From the NCBI GenBank assembly GCA_964473285.1, contig CAYYOI010000002.1, forward strand, positions 1 to 62,277: a DNA stretch of 62,277 nucleotides, given 5' to 3'. A program made the translations under genes and the position numbers. Below are positions 9,247 to 18,589 of this stretch, one piece after another; position 1 is the stretch's first letter, and each line of letters begins with the position of its first letter. The stretch is from an uncultured Methanosarcinales archaeon. GTDB taxonomy: Archaea; Nanobdellota; Nanobdellia; Woesearchaeales; JACJVW01. The notes under the pieces are model-generated. The model had not been told where the DNA came from. It did no database searches and saw only the letters and a program-made list of their open reading frames with translations.

Positions 9247-9936
9247 ATGATTAACCACCTAAGAAGATTTCTCACAAGAAGAGAGCCACCTGAAGTAAAG
9301 AAAACATGCAACAACCTGACTCAGGATCTCGATATACTTAGACAGTGGGTCCTGCATATCAGCTCAAGAAGCGAGAATATGCACAGCCACCACAGCTCAA
9401 GAATAGATGTTACCCGACGAGAAGTCCAGAATCTATACAATGGGATCGAACACATGTACCAGGACGTACAAAAGCTCAAGAAAGCCCTTGAAGAGACAGG
9501 AAAGTACATATTAGAGACCCATAAGAGCCACAAAGATATATATGAGAGGCTTGCAACACTGGAAAGGACAATTGAAGGACAACAAAGGACAAGTCAAGGA
9601 CAACAAAGACCGCAGGAAAGGACATATCAAGGACAACAGAGGACAGAAGACAGGACAGAGAGAATAGTGCCTATAACACAGCCAAGAATCCAGATAAAGG
9701 ACAGGAATGCCCTTAATGCAGGACAGGAAGAACTCATGGAGATACTATTCAAAGCAACCGAACCTCTCGATTACAAGCGCATTGCAGCAGCCCTGGGAAA
9801 GAAAGAGAAGAGTGTAAGGAACATGATCTATGAAATGAGAGAGAAAGGAGTAGATATAAGAGACAAGAGCATAGGATTCAGGAAAAAAGGGTTTTACCTG
9901 ACTGAAGAGAAGAAGATAGAGCTTTCAGGGAGATGA
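9247..9936 (+). CDS. hypothetical protein with GQQR repeats and C-terminal winged-helix domain
   Basis: Central repeats EGQQRTSQGQQRPQERTYQGQQRTEDRTE. The C-terminus LDYKRIAAALGKKEKSVRNMIYEMREKGVDI is wHTH-like. Confidence 0.6.
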   Translation: MINHLRRFLTRREPPEVKKTCNNLTQDLDILRQWVLHISSRSENMHSHHSSRIDVTRREVQNLYNGIEHMYQDVQKLKKALEETGKYILETHKSHKDIYERLATLERTIEGQQRTSQGQQRPQERTYQGQQRTEDRTERIVPITQPRIQIKDRNALNAGQEELMEILFKATEPLDYKRIAAALGKKEKSVRNMIYEMREKGVDIRDKSIGFRKKGFYLTEEKKIELSGR

Positions 9937-9941
9937 CCTTG

Positions 9942-9961
9942 AGGACATATCCTTATGTCCT
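9942..9961 (+). terminator. hairpin aggacata-tcct-tatgtcct just after the stop codon (terminator or protein-binding site)
   Basis: 8-bp perfect inverted repeat with a 4-nt loop, 6 nt after TGA 9934-9936. Shares the GGACAT/ATGTCC motif with the upstream palindrome. Confidence 0.4.
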
Positions 9962-9968
9962 TGAGGAC

Positions 9969-10023
9969 AGGACAAGTTAAGGACAACAAAGGACATAACA
10001 AGGACAAGTTAAGGACAACAAAG
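9969..10023 (+). repeat. two perfect 23-nt direct repeats aggacaagttaaggacaacaaag (period 32 nt)
   Basis: Copies at 9969-9991 and 10001-10023. The embedded 13-mer aaggacaacaaag also occurs twice inside the CDS (9575-9587, 9596-9608). Confidence 0.8.
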
Positions 10024-10081
10024 AAAAACACGACAGATTCTTAGATCTTTTAAAAAATCAGGTTAGACAAGAGTAATTCTT

Positions 10082-10107
10082 GAGAGAGAGAGAGAGAGAG
10101 AGAGAGA
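10082..10107. repeat. (GA)13 dinucleotide microsatellite
   Basis: 26 nt of uninterrupted GA, directly abutting the stop codon (10108-10110) of the minus-strand Fap7 gene. Confidence 0.95.
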
Positions 10108-10578
10108 TCAAAGAAGGTTTGCGACCTTATCCAATGAAGATTCGTCCGGATTTTCCAGGACAAAGACTTTGTGACCAGCCTCTACTGCCTCTACATGACA
10201 GACATCAAATATCTCTGCATCAAGATTCTCCCGTACCTTGTAAGAGGGGTAGCCTCTTGCTTCTAAGCGGGCCTTCAGGGTCTTCAAAGGAGCTTTGAGG
10301 ACGATGCACAAGTCGACCCTGGAAGAAGGCATGAGATGAGACATATGAGAATCAAGAATTATCCCTTCCTTAGCATCCAAGGACCCCACAAGAGCATCTG
10401 TCAGTTTTTCCTCATCCACTATATCACACTGGAGATGAGAATCATAGCCCTCGGAGAGATTATTATCCCTGATAAACTTACCTACATCAAGATACCTGAA
10501 ACCAAGGTGGTCCGCAAGCTTTCTTGCAAAGGTTGTCTTTCCAACACAAGGGGTACCTGTCACACAAACCACTTTCAT
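10108..10578 (-). CDS. fap7: Fap7/AK6-type adenylate kinase (ribosome biogenesis NTPase)
   Basis: MKVVCVTGTPCVGKTT P-loop, about 155 aa, with the LDSHMSHL motif region typical of AK6/Fap7. Minus-strand ttttttatatg lies about 27 nt upstream of the ATG. Confidence 0.75.
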   Translation of the reverse strand: MKVVCVTGTPCVGKTTFARKLADHLGFRYLDVGKFIRDNNLSEGYDSHLQCDIVDEEKLTDALVGSLDAKEGIILDSHMSHLMPSSRVDLCIVLKAPLKTLKARLEARGYPSYKVRENLDAEIFDVCHVEAVEAGHKVFVLENPDESSLDKVANLL

Positions 10579-10702
10579 GGGGCTGAAAGTGAGTATTACA
10601 TATAAAAAAGCTCGTATTCAGGCGAGTGGGCACCATAATGAGAGGAATAAAAAAAGCTGAAAGGCTCAGATTTAAGGCTATTAGAAGGTCTGAATTGGAG
10701 GA

Positions 10703-12316
10703 TTAATCACGTTTCCCATGTTTTTTGCCCAGGTGGAAGCGGATCTTGTGATGGAAAGCTATAAGGGCAAGGAACAAAAAGACAGAATATGATGCCAAAA
10801 ATATCACAGAATCGGTCAAAAAGTGAGGCTGATACAATAATACCATCTTTACCATGCTTTCGCCAAGGACAAAAGGGTTATATTGTGCAAGAGAGGAGAC
10901 AATTGAGGGCATGCTCTCAAGAGGAATCAGCATACCTGAGAAGATAAGGAAGAGGGCGCAAAGGCCGATAGAGGCCAATATCGCCGATTCATGGCTTTTG
11001 AAAATATAACCAAGGGCCATCCCTATCAGGATAAATACTGTGGAAATGAGAAGGAGAATTGCAAACAACTGGACAGCAAGACCCACAGGGATAAAAAAGG
11101 CGGATACTGCAAGTAGTAGAATTATCTGGAATGTGAGGAGAAGAAGGGTTGTCAGGAATCCTGCAAGAATGAAAACACTATTCCTTGTAGGGGTAAGGAC
11201 GTTGCGGATGAAGGCCTTTGAGGTCTTCTCCATTATCACAAGGGTTGCTGCAAGAAGTACACCTACAAACATGATAAACAGGACAAGGATCCCGGAGAAA
11301 AGATAATTGAAATGAGTCTTATGTGTGGAGACAGGAGATATTGTGGTCTTGATAGGGTCAGCTACTTCCTTAGCAGTGAAATCCGTCTTTTGGTCTGCGA
11401 TGCGGTCAAAGGAATCCTGGAGATCCAGGAGAATATTCAAGTCTTCCTCAAGAGATTTATTTAGTGACCCGGAATATTCAAGGGCTTCTGCAATCTCTTC
11501 GTTCGAGGATTCTATCTGGGAGGAAAGGGTTTGAAGGCTGTTTTGGATTTCCGAGAGGGCATTCTCAAGCAGGCGTATGTTTCCTGAAACCGAAAGCTGG
11601 TCTACAAGGTCGATTGCATCATCCAGTTGTGAGGTTGCATTATCTGAACCATTGATATCTTCTATCTGGTTTCGTGCCTTGTGAAGGTGGTACGTCACCT
11701 GGGTCTTGAAATCTTCTACCTGGGTTTCCAGGTCTAATATGAGGGAATCGTAAGTGGCATTGGGAAGATTGGGAGATGTTGTTTCTAACCCGGAAATAAG
11801 GGACTCCAGATCATCCTCTTTTTCTTTACGGCTTTTGGTGAGACGATTTACCTTTTCCTGAGCCTGTTGTATCTCTGATCTTGTCCTGTTTATCTGGTCG
11901 AATAGTGCCTGCGCAAGATCTGAACTTAAGGAACTGCGCTCCATGTCAATGCTTTTGGAGATGTCCTTCAATACCATGTAGGCAAGGTTATACTGAGACT
12001 GGTCAACATATATGTCTATTGCTGAATCATTCTGAAAAGCAAGGCAAAGGACAGCATCCTGGTACTTTACTGTGTCCTGGCAATCTGAGAGGGAATTGGA
12101 TTCATGGACAACATAAGGGTCAAGATTGCCTAAGACATCACCAAAAACGCTTATATGAACCTCATGAAGGGATGCGTTATTGAATGCGATGCCGCCAAGG
12201 ATGACAAGCAGAAGTGGAGAGCAGATTATAAGAACAAGAGAACTCTTGGTACGTAAAAGCAGCTTGAAGTTCTTTTTTATTAGTCTTAGCAGGCGATACA
12301 TTTTCTTACTTGACAA
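10703..12316 (-). CDS. ABC-2 type permease with large extracytoplasmic coiled-coil domain (YhgE/Pip-like architecture)
   Basis: N-terminal TM helix, about 300 aa of coiled-coil/low-complexity segment, then 5 C-terminal TM helices. Overlaps the upstream ATPase gene by 11 nt. Confidence 0.65.
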   Translation of the reverse strand: MSSKKMYRLLRLIKKNFKLLLRTKSSLVLIICSPLLLVILGGIAFNNASLHEVHISVFGDVLGNLDPYVVHESNSLSDCQDTVKYQDAVLCLAFQNDSAIDIYVDQSQYNLAYMVLKDISKSIDMERSSLSSDLAQALFDQINRTRSEIQQAQEKVNRLTKSRKEKEDDLESLISGLETTSPNLPNATYDSLILDLETQVEDFKTQVTYHLHKARNQIEDINGSDNATSQLDDAIDLVDQLSVSGNIRLLENALSEIQNSLQTLSSQIESSNEEIAEALEYSGSLNKSLEEDLNILLDLQDSFDRIADQKTDFTAKEVADPIKTTISPVSTHKTHFNYLFSGILVLFIMFVGVLLAATLVIMEKTSKAFIRNVLTPTRNSVFILAGFLTTLLLLTFQIILLLAVSAFFIPVGLAVQLFAILLLISTVFILIGMALGYIFKSHESAILASIGLCALFLIFSGMLIPLESMPSIVSSLAQYNPFVLGESMVKMVLLYQPHFLTDSVIFLASYSVFLFLALIAFHHKIRFHLGKKHGKRD

Positions 12317-13331
12317 ATGATTCGAAGACCTCAGTGAGACCGGGGCGGTTCAGTTCGATGTCGTGGATCTTTTCCTTGTAAAACTTTATGATATTTATGA
12401 GAGAAGAAAGGGTCTTTTCTCCTTCAGGAGTGTATATCACTATCTTGTGATCCCTGTGAACTACATTGGAGATATGTTCTTTCTTTTGCAATTCATCGAT
12501 TATAGGTTTATAATTGCTGGATCTTAACTCGAGGATTATCTCCATGTTCCTTGAATAATTGCGCTTGAGGAAATCAGGAGAACCAAGAGCCTTGAGAGAA
12601 CCTTTATGGAGAATCCCTATCCTGTCGCAGATATCATCCACCTCTGAGAGGAAATGAGTAGTGAGGAGGACAGTCTTTTTCTTCTTGATGTGATTTATCA
12701 TGTCCCAGATCTCTTTTCTCAGGAAAGGATCAAGGTCAGCTGTAGGCTCGTCAAGGACAAGCAACTGGGGATCATGGACAAGTGCACAGGCAATCCCAAG
12801 CCTGCGTTGCATGCCTCCTGAGAGGTTGCCGGCAAGGGTGTTTGTTGCCTTCTCAAGGCCAAAGAAACGGATAAGACCTGGAACCTGGGACTTGTCCCTG
12901 ACCTTGAACAAGGACGCAAAATGATCAAGATTCTCCCACACTGTAAGCCTGCGATAGAAGGAAGGGTCTTGGGGGGCATATCCAACAATATCCTTGGAAG
13001 GACTGCTGCGGTATTGGAGGCCTGAGTGCTTGATATGAAGGGATCCTGAATCTGGCTCATGCAAGCCAAGCAATACATTGAGCAAGGTGGTCTTTCCAGA
13101 GCCTGAAAGGCCTATTATTCCCAGAAGTTCACCTTCGTTGACATGAAGGGTAAGGTCCTTAAGCACACTATTATCCCTGAAGGACTTTGATATGCCGCTA
13201 AGGCTTACTATAGGAAGATGAGGGTCTATGACTCTCTTATCATAACCATTCTGAATAAGTGCATTTGCAATCTGATCCGGAGGAAAGCCTTTTGCAAGTA
13301 CTGAGTTTACATACGCCAGGACCATAGTCAT
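12306..13331 (-). CDS. ABC transporter ATP-binding protein
   Basis: Walker A GLSGSGKTT, signature LSGGMQRR, Walker B LLVLDEPT, H-loop TTHF. Confidence 0.9.
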   Translation of the reverse strand: MTMVLAYVNSVLAKGFPPDQIANALIQNGYDKRVIDPHLPIVSLSGISKSFRDNSVLKDLTLHVNEGELLGIIGLSGSGKTTLLNVLLGLHEPDSGSLHIKHSGLQYRSSPSKDIVGYAPQDPSFYRRLTVWENLDHFASLFKVRDKSQVPGLIRFFGLEKATNTLAGNLSGGMQRRLGIACALVHDPQLLVLDEPTADLDPFLRKEIWDMINHIKKKKTVLLTTHFLSEVDDICDRIGILHKGSLKALGSPDFLKRNYSRNMEIILELRSSNYKPIIDELQKKEHISNVVHRDHKIVIYTPEGEKTLSSLINIIKFYKEKIHDIELNRPGLTEVFESFVK

Positions 13332-13345
13332 ATATTGGTAATTGA

Positions 13346-13355
13346 TTTATATAAA
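13346..13355. promoter_or_regulatory. shared/bidirectional TATA element between ABC operon and helicase gene
   Basis: Near-palindromic tttatataaa sits between the divergent starts at 13331 (-) and 13387 (+). Confidence 0.35.
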
Positions 13356-13386
13356 GTTATCTGATAGGTTTTCAAGTGGGAATGTT

Positions 13387-15348
13387 ATGCAAACTTATTT
13401 AAACAAAGGATGTCGCATAGATGTCATGCAATACAAAGATTTTGTACTGGACAGGTTCCAGGTTGAAGCAATAGAATCAATCAACAAGAATAATTCTGTG
13501 GTCGTGAGCGCTGCTACAGGGACAGGTAAGACCCTTATTGCAGATTATATAATAGACAAGGCGATACAGGAAGGGAAGAAGGTATTCTATACTGCACCTA
13601 TCAAGGCCCTTTCAAACCAGAAATTCAAGGATTTCAAGAAGGAATACGGGGAGAACAAGGTAGGGCTTCTCACTGGAGACATAGTGATCAATTCTGAGGC
13701 TGAGATTGTCATAATGACAACTGAGATTTACCGTAACATGCTCATGGTGAATGATCCTATAGTGAATGATGTTTCTTATATTGTGTTTGATGAGATCCAT
13801 TTCATAAATGATATTGAAAGAGGGACTGTATGGGAGGAATCAATAATATTCTCACCTGAACACATGAGGTTCCTTTGTCTTTCTGCTACCATCCCAAACG
13901 CAAGGCAGTTTGCAGACTGGATAGAATCCATACAGCGCCACACTGTTGATGTGGTAGAGTATGCAAAAAGGGCTGTGCCTCTAAATCATTTTGTATTCGA
14001 GGCTAAGATGGGACTTACCAAGGCCTCTAAGCTGAAGAAAAACATGGAACTTGATGAGTATCCTGACTATGCATATGTCAAAGGAAAACGCAAGAAAAGA
14101 AAGGATTTTGGAAAACCTGCAACACATATGGATGTAGTAAAGGAAATAAAGAAGAATGGGACACCTACAATATTTTTCACATTCTCCAGGAAGGCTTGTG
14201 AAGTGAAAGGAAAGGAACTTGCAAAGAGATTTGATCTTACAGATTCGCAGGAGAAAAAAAGAATAGCTCAGGTTTTTGCTGAGAACCTTAATGATGAGAC
14301 CAGGCCCATGCAGAGTACAGGGAGGCTTCGGGAGGTCATTACAAGGGGTGTTGCTTTCCATCATGCAGGGATGCTTCCAAAACTAAAGGAAATAGTTGAA
14401 ATCCTATTCGGGGAAGGACTTATAAGAGTGCTTTATGCCACAGAGACCTTTGCTGTAGGCATAAACATGCCTGCAAAGACTGTATGTTTTAACACTGTGC
14501 AAAAATACGATGGAATAAGTTTTCGGTACCTGAATACCAAGGAATACTTCCAGATGGCTGGAAGAGCGGGTCGTAGAGGGATAGATAAGGAAGGAAAGGC
14601 AATTGTCCTTGTAAACAGGGGGATGGATGATATAAATAAGATAATAAAGCTCACAACAAAAGATGTGGAGCCAATACAATCCCAATTCAAGCTATCGATA
14701 AATACTGTCCTTAACCTGATAAACAATTATGATGAAGGGGAGATAGAGACAATACTCAAGAGCAACTTCGATTATTTCCAGAGAAAACAGGGAAACAAGC
14801 AAGTAAGGATAATGGCTTCCTGGAAAAACAAGTTAAAGCTCTTGAACAGGATGGGTTATGTCAAGGATAATGAACTAACATGGAAGGGGTGGTTTGCCCG
14901 TTTCATCTATGCCAATGAGATCCTTGTATCTGAGGTTTTTGCAACCGATATCTACCAGCAACTCAACCAAAAAGAGCTTGTGCTTACTGTGGCTGCAATC
15001 GCTTATGAGCCGAAAAGGGGAAATAGGTTCTACCAGACGAGAAAGACACAGGATCTTTCGAATAAGCTTATCAAGAAACTTTTTACTAACAATTACATTG
15101 CAAAACAGATAAATCCAAGACAGGTAAAAAATCTTGCACCAATAATAAATGACTGGATGGATGGATGCGAGTTCGCTGACCTGCTTACCTTGTCAAACCT
15201 GGAGGAGGGAGATTATATCAGGATATTCCGCCAGGTGATAGATTACATGCGCCAGATTAAGAAAGGGACTAAGGATGAGGAGCTTATTGACAGGATAAAC
15301 TACTCACTTGACAAGATAGACAGGGATGTCATCAAAGTGGAATTCTAG
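13387..15348 (+). CDS. Ski2/Mtr4-like DExH RNA helicase with DSHCT-like C-terminus
   Basis: AATGTGKT (motif I), DEIH (II), SAT (III), FHHAGMLP, QMAGRAGRRG (VI). The C-terminus WMDGCEFADLL..EGDYIRIFRQVIDYMRQI resembles the DSHCT domain. Track start TTG 13342; ATG 13387 or 13426 is more likely. Confidence 0.8.
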   Translation: MQTYLNKGCRIDVMQYKDFVLDRFQVEAIESINKNNSVVVSAATGTGKTLIADYIIDKAIQEGKKVFYTAPIKALSNQKFKDFKKEYGENKVGLLTGDIVINSEAEIVIMTTEIYRNMLMVNDPIVNDVSYIVFDEIHFINDIERGTVWEESIIFSPEHMRFLCLSATIPNARQFADWIESIQRHTVDVVEYAKRAVPLNHFVFEAKMGLTKASKLKKNMELDEYPDYAYVKGKRKKRKDFGKPATHMDVVKEIKKNGTPTIFFTFSRKACEVKGKELAKRFDLTDSQEKKRIAQVFAENLNDETRPMQSTGRLREVITRGVAFHHAGMLPKLKEIVEILFGEGLIRVLYATETFAVGINMPAKTVCFNTVQKYDGISFRYLNTKEYFQMAGRAGRRGIDKEGKAIVLVNRGMDDINKIIKLTTKDVEPIQSQFKLSINTVLNLINNYDEGEIETILKSNFDYFQRKQGNKQVRIMASWKNKLKLLNRMGYVKDNELTWKGWFARFIYANEILVSEVFATDIYQQLNQKELVLTVAAIAYEPKRGNRFYQTRKTQDLSNKLIKKLFTNNYIAKQINPRQVKNLAPIINDWMDGCEFADLLTLSNLEEGDYIRIFRQVIDYMRQIKKGTKDEELIDRINYSLDKIDRDVIKVEF

Positions 15349-15398
15349 ATCTTATAATTTTTCTAAAGCTTTTTAAGTTGCCTTTGATTCATACAGGT

Positions 15399-16115
15399 AT
15401 GGCAAACTTCTGGAAGATAGTCAATGATGTGATAGGCAAGTCTGACATAATCCTTGAAGTATTGGATGCAAGGTTCCCTCAGGAATCACGCAACCCTGAG
15501 ATCGAGCAAAAGGTCAGGGAAGGCAAGCAACTAATATATGTGATAAACAAGTGCGAACTGATGCCAAAGGAACACTTGGAGGCATGGAAACGCAAGCTAA
15601 AGCCTTCGGTTTTCGTATCATGCAATAAGCATTATGGGTTCACTAAGCTAAGGGATAAGATACTCAGGTTTACAGAGGAAAAAAAGGTGGTTGTTGGTGT
15701 TGTTGGTTATCCTAACACAGGGAAGAGTTCTGTCATTAATTCACTCAAAGGGAAAAAGGCTGCACAGACAAGTTCGGTATCAGGTTACACTAAAGGTATC
15801 CAACTTATCAGAGTGGATAACAGGATAATGATTCTTGATACACCAGGAGTCATCCCTTTCCAGGAGAAGGATGAGATAAAGCATGCTCTTTTCGGAACAA
15901 AAAGCATGAGCCAGGTGAAAGACCCAGAAGGGGTTGCTCATGTTCTGCTTGAAAACCAGGGTGAGATATTAAAGGAGAGGTTTGGCATAACAGGAGAGGA
16001 TGCTGAAGAATTACTTCTTTCCCTGACAAGGCACTGGAACATGCTCAAGAAAGGAAGTGAACCTGATACAGAACGGGCCGCAAGAAAGCTTATCGATCTG
16101 TGGCAGAAGGGCTAG
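15399..16115 (+). CDS. circularly permuted GTPase (YlqF/RbgA/Nug-type ribosome biogenesis GTPase)
   Basis: Motif order is G4 NKCEL, then G1 GYPNTGKSS, then G3 DTPG. ATG 15399 is preferred over the track TTG 15378. Confidence 0.75.
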   Translation: MANFWKIVNDVIGKSDIILEVLDARFPQESRNPEIEQKVREGKQLIYVINKCELMPKEHLEAWKRKLKPSVFVSCNKHYGFTKLRDKILRFTEEKKVVVGVVGYPNTGKSSVINSLKGKKAAQTSSVSGYTKGIQLIRVDNRIMILDTPGVIPFQEKDEIKHALFGTKSMSQVKDPEGVAHVLLENQGEILKERFGITGEDAEELLLSLTRHWNMLKKGSEPDTERAARKLIDLWQKG

Positions 16116-16118
16116 TTT

Positions 16119-16952
16119 CTATAAGTTATCTACCACGAAGATACGGGTCTCTTCAATCAACTCATCAAAAGTGATTTGTGCTGAAAGATGTTCTCTTAGT
16201 AATTCTTCGATATAAGCTATCAATTCATCATAGAATTCTGAATCGCTTTTTTCAAGAAAGGACACTGATACAGAGGCTTTGTCACTGTCAAGCGCAAGCA
16301 CAACAAGAATCTGCTTATCTGATGTCTTCATCACTTTATCAAATGAATAATCTGCAATGGATGCGAGGGATAAGGATGTTGATTCCAGCTCTGAAAAATC
16401 CAGAACAAGGAACCTTAATTCAATATCCTGAAGTGCTTCCAATTCGTTTTCCTGGTTAGAATCTCTTCCCATTATATAGGAGTCTTTATAGATACCAGGA
16501 AGGGTGTTTGAAAGGAAATTCTGATTTGCCTGCAAAAGTTCCTGCTGGTACGAATCATTGAAAAGCTTGTCCATGTAATACTTATCTACTGTATTTGGGT
16601 CTTCTGAGTATTTTTTTTCGAAAGGATCAAAATTTACTGGGTTTATAGCCTTGCCATTCTTTTCAAGATTATGCCACACGAATTCCTTGTAGGTGTAGCC
16701 GCGTATTGCGCCATACTGTTGCCAGGCTTTCCAGAAGCTAATATCTTGGTGGGCAGTGTTTGTGTGTTCCGGAAGATCAAGGCATTGGGGTTTTCCATAA
16801 TCAAAAGAAGGAAGCTCATCAATTTCGACCTCGCTATCCAGGAAAAGGTCGTAATAGATATCCAGCTTATTGTCTGACAGTTGGGGCACATAAAGAGATG
16901 AACAATCTGCAAACGCAAAAGGTATTAGGAGGAATAGCAAAAGGTATCTCAT
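16119..16952 (-). CDS. secreted hypothetical protein (last gene of pilin/hydrolase operon)
   Basis: Signal-peptide-like MRYLLLFLLIPFAFADC. Overlaps the upstream ORF by 4 nt. Confidence 0.6.
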   Translation of the reverse strand: MRYLLLFLLIPFAFADCSSLYVPQLSDNKLDIYYDLFLDSEVEIDELPSFDYGKPQCLDLPEHTNTAHQDISFWKAWQQYGAIRGYTYKEFVWHNLEKNGKAINPVNFDPFEKKYSEDPNTVDKYYMDKLFNDSYQQELLQANQNFLSNTLPGIYKDSYIMGRDSNQENELEALQDIELRFLVLDFSELESTSLSLASIADYSFDKVMKTSDKQILVVLALDSDKASVSVSFLEKSDSEFYDELIAYIEELLREHLSAQITFDELIEETRIFVVDNL

Positions 16953-18589
16953 TGTATCAGACCTCCGGTCTTTGTTATGACATCAAACCTTGTGGTGAGG
17001 TGATCATCCTGGTTACCTAAAGTGATTGGGCCAAAATCTGACCTGAAGGTAAGTGCGAACTTATGAATAAGGTCACCATCATCAACACAGAAACGATAAG
17101 TCCTTTTTGGATGGGTTATGCATACATCCTCTTTTTCAACAACTGATAAACTTTTATTTACTAAAAGATATTTATCATAAGTATGTATTTGAGTACTTGG
17201 CTTGTATTCTTTTCCTTGTTTAAAATTATCTCCAAATAGGTAAAGACGGGGTTCACTATTAACAATCTGAATCTCCTCTCTTGTAAAAGTTTGGGGGAAA
17301 TTAATATATTCGTTTGCATCTCTAAGAGGGATATCAAGCGTTGTATCAAACGCATCTCCGCCAATTTGGCCTTCTATTACTGTAACATCATCTTTTTCAC
17401 TGAGTATGAACTTTCCGGGGATATCAGGAAGGGGGCAAGTGCATGATTGTCCAGGTGTATCAAGGCACTGCTGTATTGATTCGACCATCTGATAGAACTT
17501 TCCTTCATTACCAGAAAGGCATTCATCACCGTATTTCCAGTCATGGTGGAAACTGCTGGTTTTTGATTCGATGCAGAAATCAAGATAGTCTGATGTCTTG
17601 CATGTCTCTGCAAGGATCTTTGCCTCATCGCGAACTGTATGAAAGATGTTAAGATCATAAGGAATATCAATACTGAAACCAATACCAAAGGAAAGGGTTG
17701 TCCTTAGGTTCCTTGAAGGTGGAGGCATGTTAAAGCGTTGCATTGCTTTTTCAACATAGTCCTCAGTGTCCTTAAGGTCATGTCCTTGATGAATGTCCTT
17801 GAAGACCTCTTGAAACACAAGAATCCTGCCGATATAGAGGGAGCGTCCTGTGGTGTCATCAATGTGCTGGATATAGGATTCTATACCTGGCCCATACTTT
17901 TCCTTAAGTTCTGCCACTGTTCCAGCACCCATGTTATATGCCAGGATAGCGTCAACCATCACATCACCTGAAAACTCTTTCTCAAGAGACTGAAGGTTGC
18001 GGTTAAATAATTTAAGGGATAATCGCACTGCCAGCTCATCGTTATCAATTATTTCTTTTGGTGGTCCAGTGAAACCCATATCAAGTGCAACAGGATACAT
18101 TATCTGGGTGAGGCCATAACTGCAGGAGAACTGGTGGAATTCTTTTGTCCCATGACTTTCATCAAAACCACACCTATCCCCTCCTTTATAGGGACCATTC
18201 TCATCAGGTTTACAATAGATTGGGTCATCACAGTGTTCTTCACATAAATCATAAAATGATTTTCTCTCCTTACATAATTCACTTTCCTCATTTTTCTGAC
18301 AAGCGACAAAAGGCTCTTCATAATTATCCTCGCATCTGATAGGAGAGTCTGAAAAATAATCGCTTTCAACATAGAAAAGGCCTGCATATAGATAGGGTTC
18401 AGGAAGACCCATATCTTCTGCCTCTGAGATTATCATATCCAATGTGTCTTTGTCATCAAAGTTTTTCATTTTGTCAATCCGTGAGGAAACATCCTCTATG
18501 AGCCTTTTTTTTGCCTTTTCTTGCTCTGTTGCCATTGCTGAACCTAGTAAAATAAGAAGCAGTATCCCGATTAATATTTTGGTTTTCAT
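16949..18589 (-). CDS. secreted protein with SLT (GH23 lytic transglycosylase)-like domain
   Basis: Signal peptide MKTKILIGILLLILLGSAMA. SLT hallmarks FYVES (E75-S76), YGLTQIM (159-165) and AYNMGAGTV (217-225), with a Cys-rich insert between the ES and GLxQ motifs. Confidence 0.65.
   Translation of the reverse strand: MKTKILIGILLLILLGSAMATEQEKAKKRLIEDVSSRIDKMKNFDDKDTLDMIISEAEDMGLPEPYLYAGLFYVESDYFSDSPIRCEDNYEEPFVACQKNEESELCKERKSFYDLCEEHCDDPIYCKPDENGPYKGGDRCGFDESHGTKEFHQFSCSYGLTQIMYPVALDMGFTGPPKEIIDNDELAVRLSLKLFNRNLQSLEKEFSGDVMVDAILAYNMGAGTVAELKEKYGPGIESYIQHIDDTTGRSLYIGRILVFQEVFKDIHQGHDLKDTEDYVEKAMQRFNMPPPSRNLRTTLSFGIGFSIDIPYDLNIFHTVRDEAKILAETCKTSDYLDFCIESKTSSFHHDWKYGDECLSGNEGKFYQMVESIQQCLDTPGQSCTCPLPDIPGKFILSEKDDVTVIEGQIGGDAFDTTLDIPLRDANEYINFPQTFTREEIQIVNSEPRLYLFGDNFKQGKEYKPSTQIHTYDKYLLVNKSLSVVEKEDVCITHPKRTYRFCVDDGDLIHKFALTFRSDFGPITLGNQDDHLTTRFDVITKTGGLIQ

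Noticed and set aside
9566-10023. Possibility that the GGACA-rich repeats form a CRISPR array.
   Set aside because: The repeat units are 13-23 nt with irregular spacing. Two copies are in frame within a CDS, there are no uniform spacers, and no cas genes are present.
10080-10298. ORF beginning MREREREREIKEG.
   Set aside because: The repeat part is just the (GA)13 microsatellite read in frame. The rest is antisense to the well-supported Fap7 gene.
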